The notes under the pieces: model-generated
What the model saw: only the letters and a program-made list of their open reading frames with translations
The model's database searches: none
Told to the model about the DNA's origin: nothing
Made by a program: the position numbers and the translations under genes
Shown: one piece after another, positions 53,451-62,210 of the stretch
Layout of the letters: each line of letters starts with the position of its first letter
Position numbering within the stretch: the stretch's first letter is position 1
Origin: Octopus vulgaris
Lineage: Eukaryota
Direction of reading: 5' to 3'
Assembly (NCBI GenBank): GCA_951406725.2
Contig: OX597825.1
Coordinates: 57,040,001-57,104,000 of the forward strand
Length of the DNA stretch: 64,000 nt

Positions 53451-56273
53451 CATATATGTGTGTGTGTGTGTCATCATCATCATCATATATATATATATAT
53501 ATATACCAGAGTAAGCACATAAATGCAAAACAAGGTGGAAAAAATAGTACTTAAATACCAGAGATAGAGTAATATGCTATATTGAAAAGCAGCAAAAATA
53601 TCACAAAAACTGTTACTCAGAGTTTCACATTCTCATTCGTCAGAGTTTTGTTGTCCAACAAATGGGAACGTGAAATTCAGAATAACAGTTTTTGTGATAT
53701 TTTTGCTTCTTTTTAATAAAGTATATAAAATGGGCTTCTTTCAGTTTCTGTCTACCTAATCTATTCACAAAGCTTTGGTCAGCTAAGGGTTATAGTAGAA
53801 GACACTTGCCTTAGGTGCCACAGAGTGGGACAGAACCCAAAAGAATGTGGTTGGAAAGCAAACTTCTTACCAAACAACCATATCTGCAGATATCCATTCT
53901 GCCATGTTGTGGGGGTTGGATGGGATTTTTTGAGGCCATGCCCTTCCGGATACTAATCCTTTTAGTCATCTTTTATAATATAGACATACAGACACACATT
54001 CTTTTGCCACTGTCATTGTTTCAGTCACTGGATTGTGGCAATGATGGGGCACCAGCTTGATGGATTTAGCCAAATAAATCAACCCCAGTACTCTTTTCAA
54101 GTCTGTTACATCTTCTATTGGTCTCTTTTGCTAAACTACTCACAGGATCATAAACAAACCTACACCAGTTGCTGAATGGTAGGCAAACATAAGACACACA
54201 CACATATATCACATGTATTTATATATAAACAATGAGCTTCCACACATTTTCTATCTATGAAATTCATTCACAAGACATTGATCAGTTCATATGGAACCCC
54301 AGGACAACATGATTGCTTCCCAACCATGTGGTCTTGGGGTTCAGTCCCAATGTGCAGCTGCTGGGTGTCTTCTACTTATACAACCCCAGGTTCACCAAAG
54401 CCTTGAGTGGATTTGGTAGACAGACTAAAAGAAACCAGTCGTGTATGTGTGTGTATGCACACGTGTCTGTGTACCCTTGTCTAGTCATCATCTGATGGTT
54501 GTAAGTGAATATCATTGTCATACAAGGGAGGTTGTCCATTTCCAGTCTTCTATGAAAATATGTATAGCTATGAGGAACTATAACTTCGCTGGGAAATAGG
54601 TGAGGGTTAGTGACAGAAAGAGCATCTGACTGTAAAAAATTTGACCATAACAAATTCCATCTGACTCATACAAGCATGGGAAAGTGTACGTTAAATTCAC
54701 ATATACATACGTATAAGTAATGTTTATTGCTACATCAATATGGCTGTTCAATGTTACTACCTTTTTTAACCCCAGGAAGAGCCTCCTCCAGCTGGTTATT
54801 GATGCAATCTGCACCCAGTATATATACATAGCTACTTTGCTTATATATATATACATATATACACATACACACTAAGCATATGTAACCAAATCTTACACAC
54901 ACACACTAAGCATATGTGACCAAATCTTCTTCAAACCACATCTTACCATCTTAAAGTAAAACACATTGGATACTATTGTCTAAATCAGCAGAAATCCCAA
55001 CCTGGGATTCTGCAAAGATATAACTGGAGATTAGTGAACCGAGTTCAAAATCTGTAAACAGATCTTTCAAAACCTTTGGGTCTACAAGAAAACTGATGCA
55101 ATAAAATGGGCTTTTAGTAGTGAACTACTAGTTTAGTAAACTATGTCTAAATAAATAAATAGCAGGGTGGTCATAAATGAAACGTCTTTGATCATAGTCC
55201 AGTTAGATGAAGACTGACCTGTTGTTGTTTCTTCAAAAGTTTAAACAAATCCATTCCTTGTATATCTTTTGTAGGAAATTCATAAAAAATATACAAGGTA
55301 ATTATAACAATATACCTCGTTATTTGGGGGTGGAGAAGGTCAGGGGATTTCTAATATTAATTTTCGAGTTATTTACGCAGTTCAAAGATAACAATATTTT
55401 TTCCTCTCTTTGTTTTTTTTTTACTTTTTTGTCAAGCTTTCGCTTATATATATATGTAAAGATATACATAAAATCTTGCCTTCACAATTGTACTATAACT
55501 ACCTTGAGAAAACTGATGAATGCCTCAACATTACATTGCTCCAGCATCCATAAAGTAACAAGCAGCTGCTAGACTCCAGGATGATTCTGTAACCTGGTAT
55601 CGCTTCACAGCTGCGAACATTTCATTTTGCATACAATGGTAAAAGCCTTATGAAAAGAATTAATATCACAACATATCACTGCTTCTAATATATATATATA
55701 TAAGGCCTGTAGTTACATAATACATTAATCACAGCCGAGTAAACATAATTTCAGTTCATACTCATAGCTATTTTAATTTCACGCCTATTACTCACCACTA
55801 CCTCACGAAAGACACAACATGAACGTCACAACATCGCATTTATTTAGATATTCCAAAATAAGTATCTGCGTGTTAAAAATTATACAGCGTGGTGGGACTA
55901 GAGTACGTGTCTGATTTCCATTCTCAGTTATAGCCATTTTATTCGGAACCGATTACTAGCGTCTCCCAGGAAGGCATGAACTCCACACAATCTGTTTTCC
56001 TCTCATCCTCCTATAATCAATATAATAAATTTATGTTGCTGGTTTGCTAACTGTAAACGTTGACGCCAAAAACCCTACAGACGTCGAAACATTGGTCTTC
56101 ATATAAAATTTTAACTAATACAAACCAGATGACCACTAAATTCCCAAATATTAATGCAGTATACTAATATATAAACTTAGTCTTTTTACCTGCGTGTATA
56201 CACCGATGTCTTCCACTTCGTTTGACGATTCTGTCGTCATTTCTGTTTTGGTTCCATTAGTATTTTCCGCCAT
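1339..56273 (-). CDS. EXOSC10: Exosome component 10 (Rrp6/PM-Scl100), multi-exon gene, 3'-partial (continues past window start)
   Basis: 17 exons with GT-AG boundaries and matching phases splice into one ORF with PMC2NT ([21 protein letters not shown]), HPYAYEL, Exo[15 protein letters not shown], Exo[26 protein letters not shown], Exo[16 protein letters not shown] and HRDC ([27 protein letters not shown]). Confidence 0.97.
1705..2193 (+). mobile_element. 5'-truncated RTE LINE with (GAT)n tail
   Basis: Same ORF end and UTR as 16036-16465 and 45225-45925. Confidence 0.85.
3503..3826. repeat. Fold-back repeat with roughly 125-bp arms, Penelope-like
   Basis: 3503-3634 is inverted at 3703-3826; arm contains TTGAAAA G GTTGC-AAGAC-GCAAC GAAA. 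Confidence 0.8.
5014..5560 (+). mobile_element. Decayed LINE of a second RTE-like family
   Basis: [30 protein letters not shown]-type C-terminal peptide. Confidence 0.65.
6297..6362 (-). CDS. EXOSC10: EXOSC10 exon 16 ([22 protein letters not shown])
   Basis: ttttgcag acceptor, GTAAGT donor, 66 nt; SFxxPFxM motif of the EXOSC10 C-terminal region. Confidence 0.88.
8479..8755 (-). mobile_element. tRNA-headed SINE (family F) with hammerhead-like 3' region
   Basis: A box TGGCATAGTGG, B box GAGTTCGATTCC, (AAT)n linker, then CTGATGA-AGGCTG-loop-CAGCC-GAAAC. Confidence 0.8.
8555..8600 (-). ncRNA. Minimal type-I hammerhead ribozyme-like motif (Penelope type); stem I degenerate in this copy
   Basis: GACAC CTGATGA A GGCTG GAGGGTATAT CAGCC GAAA CGTA; intact core boxes and 5-bp stem II. 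Confidence 0.65.
8770..9390. repeat. Degenerate minisatellite, period about 55-60 bp, about 10 units
   Basis: Recurrent aaaactagtt...gggtca.tactactgactagtcagtccc. Confidence 0.8.
9465..9580 (-). CDS. EXOSC10: EXOSC10 exon 15 ([11 protein letters not shown]...[12 protein letters not shown])
   Basis: Open, unique 116 nt, phase 1 to 0 bridging exons 14 and 16; GTAAAT donor; weak AAG acceptor. Confidence 0.72.
10428..10551 (-). CDS. EXOSC10: EXOSC10 exon 14 (QRGVVPEKK...[19 protein letters not shown])
   Basis: tttacag acceptor, GTAATG donor, 124 nt, phase 0 to 1, conserved PHD(L)SH peptide. Confidence 0.9.
11720..11882 (-). CDS. EXOSC10: EXOSC10 exon 13 ([35 protein letters not shown]...ITIVK, HRDC)
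   Basis: ttttccag acceptor, GTAAAT donor, 163 nt, phase 2 to 0. Confidence 0.96.
12513..15772 (-). mobile_element. Internally deleted BEL/Pao LTR retrotransposon
   Basis: LTRs at 12513-12966 and 14943-15772; GTACT TSD at 12508-12512 and 15773-15777; gag remnant ([27 protein letters not shown]) and RT remnant ([22 protein letters not shown]); SINEs nested at about 13960-14066 and 15107-15478. Confidence 0.9.
14919..14936 (-). other. Primer-binding site of the BEL/Pao element, tRNA-Ser(GCT)-like
   Basis: TGGCAATGAGGATGAGAT, 6 nt inside the 5' LTR; 15/18 match to TGGCGACGAGGATGGGAT, the recalled complement of the tRNA-Ser(GCT) 3' end. Confidence 0.7.
16015..16675. mobile_element. TTAA MITE interrupted by an RTE LINE 3' fragment (about 16036-16465, + strand)
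   Basis: TTAA-CCCATT ... ATGGG-TTAA; insert reads like the RTE C-terminus ([17 protein letters not shown]) with GATTATT repeated at 16029-16035 and 16466-16472. Confidence 0.85.
17367..17515 (-). CDS. EXOSC10: EXOSC10 exon 12 ([12 protein letters not shown]...[17 protein letters not shown] start)
   Basis: atttcag acceptor, GTAAAA donor, 149 nt, phase 0 to 2; not in the supplied ORF track. Confidence 0.95.
17720..18415. repeat. Unclassified interspersed repeat with internal tandem duplication (about 260-290 bp)
   Basis: 17836-18132 repeats at 18133-18398; same family at 1-110. Confidence 0.75.
18800..18956 (-). CDS. EXOSC10: EXOSC10 exon 11 ([21 protein letters not shown]...STEICKK, ExoIII)
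   Basis: tttttctag acceptor, GTAAGT donor, 157 nt, phase 2 to 0. Confidence 0.97.
19860..20302 (-). repeat. SINE with family-B 5' half and RTE-like (GAT)n tail (family G)
   Basis: Head shared with family B, different 3' half; also at about 54315-54695 and 50455-51010. Confidence 0.8.
20796..20986 (-). CDS. EXOSC10: EXOSC10 exon 10 ([17 protein letters not shown]...LADWRIR, ExoII)
   Basis: ttgcag acceptor, GTAAGT donor, 191 nt, phase 0 to 2. Confidence 0.97.
21905..22313 (+). repeat. RTE-type 3' tail repeat (family C) with four to five roughly 62-bp UTR tandem units
   Basis: gccagtggcatgtaaaaagcacc units, then gaagggcatccagctgtagaaac...aacccatgc.agcatggaaa..gacgttaaac(GAT)n; further copies near 1440, 12200, 19070, 33094, 36480, 36822, 39260, 42040, 46950, 53217, 57235, 58420, 63454. 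Confidence 0.85.
24270..24445. repeat. Degenerate short tandem repeat
   Basis: Recurrent cttgttataagacagagctgatct motif. Confidence 0.6.
24548..24691 (-). CDS. EXOSC10: EXOSC10 exon 9 ([18 protein letters not shown]...FTDPKIVK)
   Basis: ttttacag acceptor, GTAAGT donor, 144 nt. Confidence 0.97.
24825..27137 (-). mobile_element. Second copy of the DD37D element, one TIR truncated, interrupted by piggyBac
   Basis: Colinear with 62211-63431 in reverse; intact TIR ending 27137 plus TA; only tttgaggaca remains at the left end. Confidence 0.92.
25556..26625 (+). mobile_element. Internally deleted piggyBac-like transposon
   Basis: TTAA at 25552-25555 and 26626-26629; TIRs CCCTTTCGATAC / GTAACGAAAGGG; acidic N-terminus and ALDYFFLLF...[10 protein letters not shown] start of the transposase domain. 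Confidence 0.92.
27620..28690 (-). mobile_element. Helitron Rep/PIF1-helicase remnant
   Basis: [59 protein letters not shown] (Walker A), [25 protein letters not shown]; frameshifted. Confidence 0.92.
29560..29670 (-). CDS. EXOSC10: EXOSC10 exon 8 (FPKPITET...EEVIAVDLE, ExoI)
   Basis: tttcag acceptor, GTAAGT donor, 111 nt. Confidence 0.96.
30068..30454 (-). repeat. Young tRNA-derived SINE (family E) inserted in (TA)n
   Basis: Reverse strand TGGCCCAGTGG A box and GGTTTCGATTCCC B box, CpG-rich; related decayed heads near 2940-3056 and 52820-52940. Confidence 0.85.
31090..32340 (-). mobile_element. Decayed piggyBac-like transposase C-terminal half
   Basis: [33 protein letters not shown] motif near 31605, [12 protein letters not shown] and a Cys-rich tail; no intact termini seen. 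Confidence 0.75.
31628..31803. mobile_element. TTAA MITE (piggyBac-type) nested in the piggyBac remnant
   Basis: TTAA-CCCTT...AAGGG-TTAA; same family as 48465-48684 and 16015-16675. Confidence 0.85.
33579..34210. repeat. Near-identical tandem duplication, period 342 bp
   Basis: 33579-33845 repeats at 33921-34210, differing mainly in poly-A and (AAT)n length. Confidence 0.92.
34221..34632 (-). repeat. tRNA-derived SINE (family B), near full length
   Basis: Head GGTGCAGGAGTGGCTGTGTGGTAAG with GGTTCAGTCC B box, central (TA/TG)n and GTAAAAGA tail; copies near 6855, 15107, 20362, 28843, 37670, 40650-41320, 41335, 52408, 54015. Confidence 0.9.
36211..36286 (-). CDS. EXOSC10: EXOSC10 exon 7 ([25 protein letters not shown])
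   Basis: gtttcag acceptor, GTAATG donor, 76 nt, HPYxYEL motif. Confidence 0.95.
38770..38821 (-). CDS. EXOSC10: EXOSC10 exon 6 ([16 protein letters not shown])
   Basis: tttttcttgttgcag acceptor, GTAAGT donor, 52 nt, phase 1 to 2 exactly bridges exons 5 and 7. Confidence 0.88.
40034..40196 (-). CDS. EXOSC10: EXOSC10 exon 5 (QSPANT...[32 protein letters not shown])
   Basis: ttcctccag acceptor (NAGNAG), GTCAGT donor, 163 nt, phase 0 to 1. Confidence 0.95.
40842..41079. repeat. Fold-back repeat with roughly 60-bp arms inserted in the (TA)n of a family-B SINE
   Basis: 40846-40905 is almost perfectly inverted at 40979-41040; spacer carries a hammerhead-like motif on the minus strand. Confidence 0.8.
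42432..42536 (-). CDS. EXOSC10: EXOSC10 exon 4 ([12 protein letters not shown]...IASWNKK)
   Basis: ttttccag acceptor, GTATTA donor, 105 nt, phase 0 to 0. Confidence 0.95.
42854..43785 (+). repeat. Four head-to-tail tRNA-derived SINEs (family A)
   Basis: Each begins AAGGCGGCGAGCTGGCAGAA-like, has B box GAGTTCAAATTCC and ends in (ATT)n; other copies near 669, 7540-8460, 10590, 10939-11370, 19359, 21105, 27225, 49520-50115, 51221, 56611. Confidence 0.9.
44410..45219 (+). mobile_element. Non-autonomous mariner with long inverted repeats
   Basis: HTH remnant ([38 protein letters not shown]); about 44484-44585 is inverted at about 45121-45219; right end cut by an RTE insertion. Confidence 0.8.
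45225..45925 (-). mobile_element. RTE LINE 3' ORF end and UTR
   Basis: [31 protein letters not shown] followed by UTR repeats (ggcatgtaaaaagcacc-like). Confidence 0.85.
46704..46930. mobile_element. MITE with internal 43-bp tandem repeat
   Basis: ccaaaaataagccca / tgggcttatttttgg inverted ends; TACTTTCTGAATATAAGTCCATAGGCTTAAATTACTGAGGCTA about 2.7 times at 46788-46905. Confidence 0.65.
47800..47926 (-). CDS. EXOSC10: EXOSC10 exon 3 (IQNIMKHQ...[18 protein letters not shown])
   Basis: ttttgtag acceptor, GTAAGT donor, 127 nt, phase 2 to 0. Confidence 0.95.
48465..48684. mobile_element. TTAA MITE, same family
   Basis: TTAA-CCCTTTAG ... CTGAAGGA-TTAA; internal similarity to 31628-31803. Confidence 0.85.
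48704..49135. mobile_element. Fold-back double copy of family F with 13-bp TSD
   Basis: CAAAAACTAAATT at 48691-48703 and 49136-49148; minus copy 48704-48943; inverted head 48947-48970; plus-strand tail 48998-49135. Confidence 0.88.
50175..50311 (-). CDS. EXOSC10: EXOSC10 exon 2 (PMC2NT: [45 protein letters not shown])
   Basis: tttttgtag acceptor, GTGAG donor, 137 nt, phase 0 to 2. Confidence 0.95.
53507..53725. repeat. Fold-back repeat with two inverted hammerhead-like motifs
   Basis: About 53585-53644 is inverted at about 53654-53713. Confidence 0.8.
56190..56273 (-). CDS. EXOSC10: EXOSC10 exon 1 ([28 protein letters not shown])
   Basis: ATGGCG start, 84 nt, CAG/GTAAAA phase-0 donor matching exon 2; lies in unique, relatively CpG-richer DNA; poorly conserved peptide. 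Confidence 0.8.
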
Positions 56274-56600
56274 AGCTTCTCTAATAATGGGAAATTTTTA
56301 AAACTCTTCTACAAAAGAATTCTACTAAAGGGAAGTAATTACAGTTACGCCTAGTTCTTAGAAATCGTAGTTGTTATAGTCATTAAATTGATAAGGGCAT
56401 TTAACAATATTCTTTGTGTTGTATATTTTCGTCTTACTACATCCTGTATCTAAGTCCAACTTACGATCAACTTTCATCTGTCCTAGCTTGAGAGAATATA
56501 TATTTGGTGCACATAGGCAGTGTTTTGATAAAAAATGTAGCGACGATCATTGACTTTAGCGGTCCATTTTCACTTTTTTAAACAGTTTATATTTTATTCC
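56274..56600 (-). promoter_or_regulatory. Probable EXOSC10 5' UTR and proximal promoter
   Basis: Unique non-repeat DNA immediately upstream of the ATG; positional inference only, no diagnostic motif. Confidence 0.4.
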
Positions 56601-58619
56601 TTTTCATAGAGATGGTGAGTAGACCGAATAGTCAGAGCATCAAATAAAATATTTCGAGATATTTCTTCCGACTAATTGCATTCTGAGTTCAAATTCTGCT
56701 GGGGGTTAATTATGTCTTTCATCCTACAGGAGTCGGTAAAATAAAATACCAGTCAAGAGTCGATGTATCGATTAACACCCATTTAAAGAACTACTACCTA
56801 TGTACCAAAATTTGAAAACAGCAACTCATCCCATACCTCCTTCTCTCGGGTACCCTTGATCCATTCACCTCTCTACTTCTCATTGTCCTTGCTACGTCCA
56901 AACCCAGCACTCATCACAAATACGCATTTTTTCCCCCGCCCTCGAGACATTGGACCTCTGGAATTTTAATGCTGTTCATGTCTATGCTGCAGGTATTGGC
57001 TTGCAACATTTAACAGAAATACCATCAAACTCACCTATTTCATAGGGCTGGGGCACCACTAGACTCAACAAGAGAAATATATATGTATAGTGATTGTATA
57101 TGGTCAATGAATGACAGGAAGAAAATTATTAATTGAAATGGCCCTTTATTTTCATCGTTACAAAGTAAGATATGTCTTCGAGTTGTTGTGCAATGATTAT
57201 TCATAGTACTGATATCCATTCTGTCGTCGTTGTCGTCATCATCACCATCATTTATCGTCTGTTTTCCGTGCTGGCATGGCTTGGACGGTTTGACAGGAGT
57301 TGGCTAGACAGAAGATTGCACTAGGCTTCACTGTTTTGGCATGGCTTTTTATGTCTGGATGCCCTTCCAAACGCCAACCACTTTACAATGTGGACTGGAC
57401 GCTTTTTTTTTTATGTGGAACCACCACTGGCAGGATCAAGTAACTCGCAAGTCAACCATGAACAACAGGAAAGGTTTTGATACCAGAATAACTGTTCTCC
57501 AATCAGTATAAGCTAGGAGTGTAAGGAGTGTGACAGCTGTATGTCTCACTAGAATGATTTGGTTGATTCTAGTTGTATTGTCATTGTCATCATCAATTGA
57601 TCTTGATGTTACATCTAACTTGTTAAAAGCATGTGCTACTCATGCTTTTCGACTGCTGACTAGTGCCAAAATGTGCTGAGCATATGGTTGATGTTCTTAT
57701 CAGAAAAAAGTGTGGTAAAGTTGGAATTGTTTACTAAGATCCTGTTTTACTAAATATCTGAGTGGTAATTTTTTTTTAGTGATGTCATTTATAATTGAGT
57801 CAAATCTATGCTGTTGTTTTTGCATCAGATATAGTAATCCAGGTTCAGTTTCTAGGTGTTTTGGGACTGCTATATTTTCTGTTGTTCATGGTAACAATAA
57901 ATATTTTTGCATTTAAAATCTCAATGGAATTTGTGTCCTTTCCATTGACTTCACTCCAACCAAAACATCACACTGTTGATAACCAAAAATCAAAATATCA
58001 TTACACCCTGGTATATTTACAAAATGGTTTGTGAGAGCGGCAAACATGGCTAAAGTAAATGGGTCTATTGTAAGCAGTACATATAGGCCTGGAAGTGATA
58101 GTTAAGAGAGAACATTTTTCCTTTGTTGTTCAGAGCAATCCAGGATGTATGCAGCTCCTTGATTGGCACTAACTTTCCTCAAAACTGGAAGCTTTTTCTA
58201 TGTTAATGTTTATTATTTTTTGTGTTCCAACAGACTTTTGTAAGACTCATGGTGTAGTCTTATTCTTTGTGTTGTTCTCATTTTCATTGAGTTCTTGCAG
58301 CTAATAAAGAAATTATTATTTTTTTTATTGTAGCAGTGAGCAAGCAAAAGCATTAGCACATCAGACAAAATGGTTAGTGACATTTTATCCAAATTATTAT
58401 ATCATCATCCTTATCATCTTTATTTAACATCCGTTCTCCATGCTGGCATGGATTGGATGGTTTGACAGGAGTTGGCTAGCTGAAGAGCTGCCCAGGTTCC
58501 ATTAGGCATAGTTTCTACAGCTGGATGCCCTTTCTAATGCTAACTACTTTGCAGTGTACTTAACCATGGTACTGGCACATACACATGTACATATATATAC
58601 ATATAATGTAACATGTACA

Positions 58620-59260
58620 CATCCAGTGGAGCATACTAGCCTCATTCTTTTCTAACCTTTACATGTCCTCTGCATTCAGGGCCCACATCTCCCTACCATG
58701 TAGAATTGATTTCCATATACTTGTATCAAACAATCTTCCTTTCACTTGGAGAGAGAAACCTTTTGTGGCCAACAAAGGTAAAAGCTCCCCAAGTTTCCAC
58801 CATCCTATTCTTATTCTAGCTATCACACTCTCTGTGCATCCCCCACCACTACTAATTTGGTCCCCTAGGTAGCAGAAATTATCTACTACCTCTAATGAGT
58901 CACCAGGGCATTTGAAAGAATCGATTTCCTGAGTCTCTAAAGTTTTCATGGATCCTGTGCATCTTCTACATATAAAAACTATCTTCTCTGAAAACTTTCC
59001 TATTAATCCATTGCACCTCGTGTGTCCATAGCTTACACTGGGTACACCACATGGAGTTCCTGCCTACACCTTTCCTACAAATCAAACAGTGGATAGGTTC
59101 CTCTCAGTTTCTTGTATAATAGGGCCTTAGGTCTTTGCTAAGTTAACCTTAAGGCCCTTAGATTCCAGGTTTTGCTTCTACACCTGGAATTTCTCATCTA
59201 GCTCTGATATGGAATCCACTATGAGGGCAAGATCATCAGTATATAGTAGTTCTCAGGGGC
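58620..59260 (-). mobile_element. RTE-clade LINE reverse transcriptase fragment
   Basis: ELLYTDDLAL, LESKGLKVNLAKT, LEVVDNFCYLGDQISSGGGC..VIARIRIGW, KGRLFDT. Confidence 0.9.
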
Positions 59261-59354
59261 TGAGAGAGAGAGATGGCGGGGCAGGCAGATTCAATATTTA
59301 AGAATGTTCAAGGATTCTGCACCTGCATTTTCCATTCAAGTTCACTTTTAAAAA

Positions 59355-59543
59355 AAATTACTGCAGCATTTTTTCAACAAAAACATCTTTAAATAACAAT
59401 CTGACCATCTGCCAAGCAAATGAGAAGCAGTAATTGAAGTAGATTGTGAATATGTTCCGGAATAATAATTTAAAGATGTTTTTGTTACATGTTGTTATTG
59501 TTTTTGTTGATAAAAAGCCGCAATAATTATGCACCAACCCAAA
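59355..59543. mobile_element. Mariner-type MITE, left TIR eroded
   Basis: Inverted arms around a short spacer, ending GCAATAATTATGCACCAACCCAA. Confidence 0.6.
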
Positions 59544-59554
59544 ACTATTATAAA

Positions 59555-61320
59555 CTAGCAGTATAACCCGGCCTTGTCCAAGATTAAGTTACGATTATTA
59601 AGCTAATCAAGTTCTTTATTTCAAACCAAACTAAGTAATATTGACGTCAAATTTGGGCAAAATCCGTTGAAATTGGTTATATTATATATGTTATATATAT
59701 ATATTATATATATCTTTATATATAAAAGAGAAGTTGTGTGTCTGTCTCCTACGATTTAGATTCCTAACTACTCCCACATTTTGCAGTACAGTTTAACCAA
59801 AACCAGGTATCTTATAGTTGTGATTCATATCGAGCCCTTCTGGGTATTACCGCACGTCTACGATTTAAAAAAAAATTTACCATCATTTTTTTCCATTTTA
59901 ATGCATTTTTTCGCTATTATATAAGGGAAGTAACTCTCTAAAAATGTCTACAATGAGTCAACGATTTAAAAAAAAAATTTACCATCATTTTTTTCCATTT
60001 TTAATGCATTTTTTTGGCTATAACTCTCTAAAAATGCTTATATAGTTATTTCCCTTACAAACCCGAGCAACGCTGGGCGGTACTGCTAGTATATAATATA
60101 AATATATATGGGCAACAGACACAAACACACATATACACACGTACACCTATTGCATGTTTTGTGCATGCATACATGTTCATAAACAGAAATGAATGGGAAA
60201 ATGTTGTTAAATTTGTAGATTAACACTCGCATGATTTTCACTAAGAAAAAAATCGTTTTTTTTGCATGGAATCAACTACTCTGGCATCCTAATATGCTAC
60301 AAAACCCTTTTTGTGGTCCGTGAAATGGAGTGGGGTGTGGTAGAAGCCTTGGAAATTGTACCCATTTATATTGTGTAATTCACTGACAAATTGTTACTCA
60401 CCTCTTGTTTCTTTGTTGTTAAAGAAATAGATTCTCAACAAAACACTTTTTTACTTGGCGTAAAATAAAAACAAAACTCTATCGCACCCAAAGTAATGTG
60501 TGTGAGAGAGAGAGAAGGGGGAGAAAAATGAATGATTTAAAATAGATAAATGATTTAAAATAAATATATTGTAATTGTTGTGTGAGAAAGTATATATACT
60601 ATGATTATAAAATAGTATATATACTATGATTATAAAATATAGTGTCTTTCAAAAACATCCTGAATTTGAACACTAGTCTCCCTTGACCTCAAGTGGCCTG
60701 AACTCTTTACATGAACACCACCCTGTACATAACTCCATATCCCCCTACATGGCCTTGCTTTTTGCTTTTTGAGCCAAAAAATTAACTAACTAACATATCT
60801 CGTGTTTAAGAAAAAACAAAACATTTTATTTTTTATGAACTTCATCACTTACTCTCACTCTCTCCCTCTCTCATGTTGTCTTTCCCGTGAAACTCTCTGC
60901 CTCTTTCTTCCACTTTTCTTTATCTTATTTTTTTTGTTAGACGCCGTCCATAAGCAATGGCTAAAAATAGATTTTTATGAACGTCACCACTTACTCTCTC
61001 TCTCTCCCTCTCTCACTTTGTCTTTCCCATGAAACTCTCTGCCTCCTTCTTCCACTTTTCTTTATCTTTTTTTTTTTTTTTGTTAGATACCATCAAAAAG
61101 CAATGGCTGATATTTTTTATGGCTAAAAGCTATGGTTGAAAATAGAATTTTACCGCTATCTGTGGGTGCCTCGGGGAAAAAAATAAGTTGACAAAACCCA
61201 GATAGGGTGTTGACAAATGTCCACCTAAAATTTGAGTGACATGTGTGCTAATTTGTGGATGTGCATAAACTACAATCACGTGCACACACACACACATCTT
61301 GCCTTATATATATATACAGA
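59555..61320 (-). mobile_element. Outer non-autonomous Helitron-like element hosting the 377-bp copy
   Basis: CTAG plus related hairpin remnant at 59555-59585; TC(TA)n 5' end at 61320; A/T flanks; pairing of the two ends is inferred. Confidence 0.6.
59713..60089 (+). mobile_element. Non-autonomous Helitron, 377 bp
   Basis: 5' TC after A; 3' hairpin CCCGAGCAACGCTGGG then CTAG before T; internal direct duplication. Confidence 0.85.
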
Positions 61321-62210
61321 TATTTTTAAAATATAGATTTTGTACAAACTTAAAAATTTTGTTTGCACATAAAAGTACCAAAGGATTAATAGCAGCATAT
61401 CTGTTACAAACAAATATATTTTTAAACAATTTTTGTTATAAAATAATGTTATATTCTAATTAAATAATTAATAATTAGTTTTTTAATGAGTGAAATTTTT
61501 ATTTTATTTTAATGTTTTCAATATATACATATTTTAAAACAAACAGAATAATAAAAATATGAAATCCAAAAACCCATAACTTTTTGTTCTTAATATTTTT
61601 AGATGAGGTTTTCTCCAAAATATTCATCTTGAACTTTTTCATTTGAGTTCAAATAATATTGTTATCTTAAAAAGACAAAATATTTTGATTTCTTAAAATT
61701 ATCACAATTTTTCTGTCATTTAAAGCCACATAATTTTTTTGGAGCTAATATTTTTTGAAAAGGTTTTTACCATAAAATTCATCTCATAGGATTCTTCTTT
61801 TACAAAATTTGAGATATTTTAATTCAAAGTCAATTTTGGGGGTTACTTACCATTTTTTTGTCACTTAAAGCCACACTACTTTTTTTTATAGCTTATACTT
61901 TTTAACGAGGTTTTCACCGAAAGATTCTTTCCAATGAGCACTTTTAAACCCAATTACTCTATACTTTTCTTTTAAAATAAAAATTTTGATTCAAAGTCAT
62001 TTTTGCCTTACTTTCCCATTTTTTATCTCACTTTTTTTAATGAACCATATTTCAATCTTGAAATATAGCTGAAGACTGGACTGACATTGCTAAAAAACTG
62101 CATTCAACTTGGTTGAGAACAGAATTAGTGATGAAGCCTAGAAGTGCATGTATACATACATAGATATATACAGATACACACACACATGTATATGTATGTA
62201 TGCATGTATA

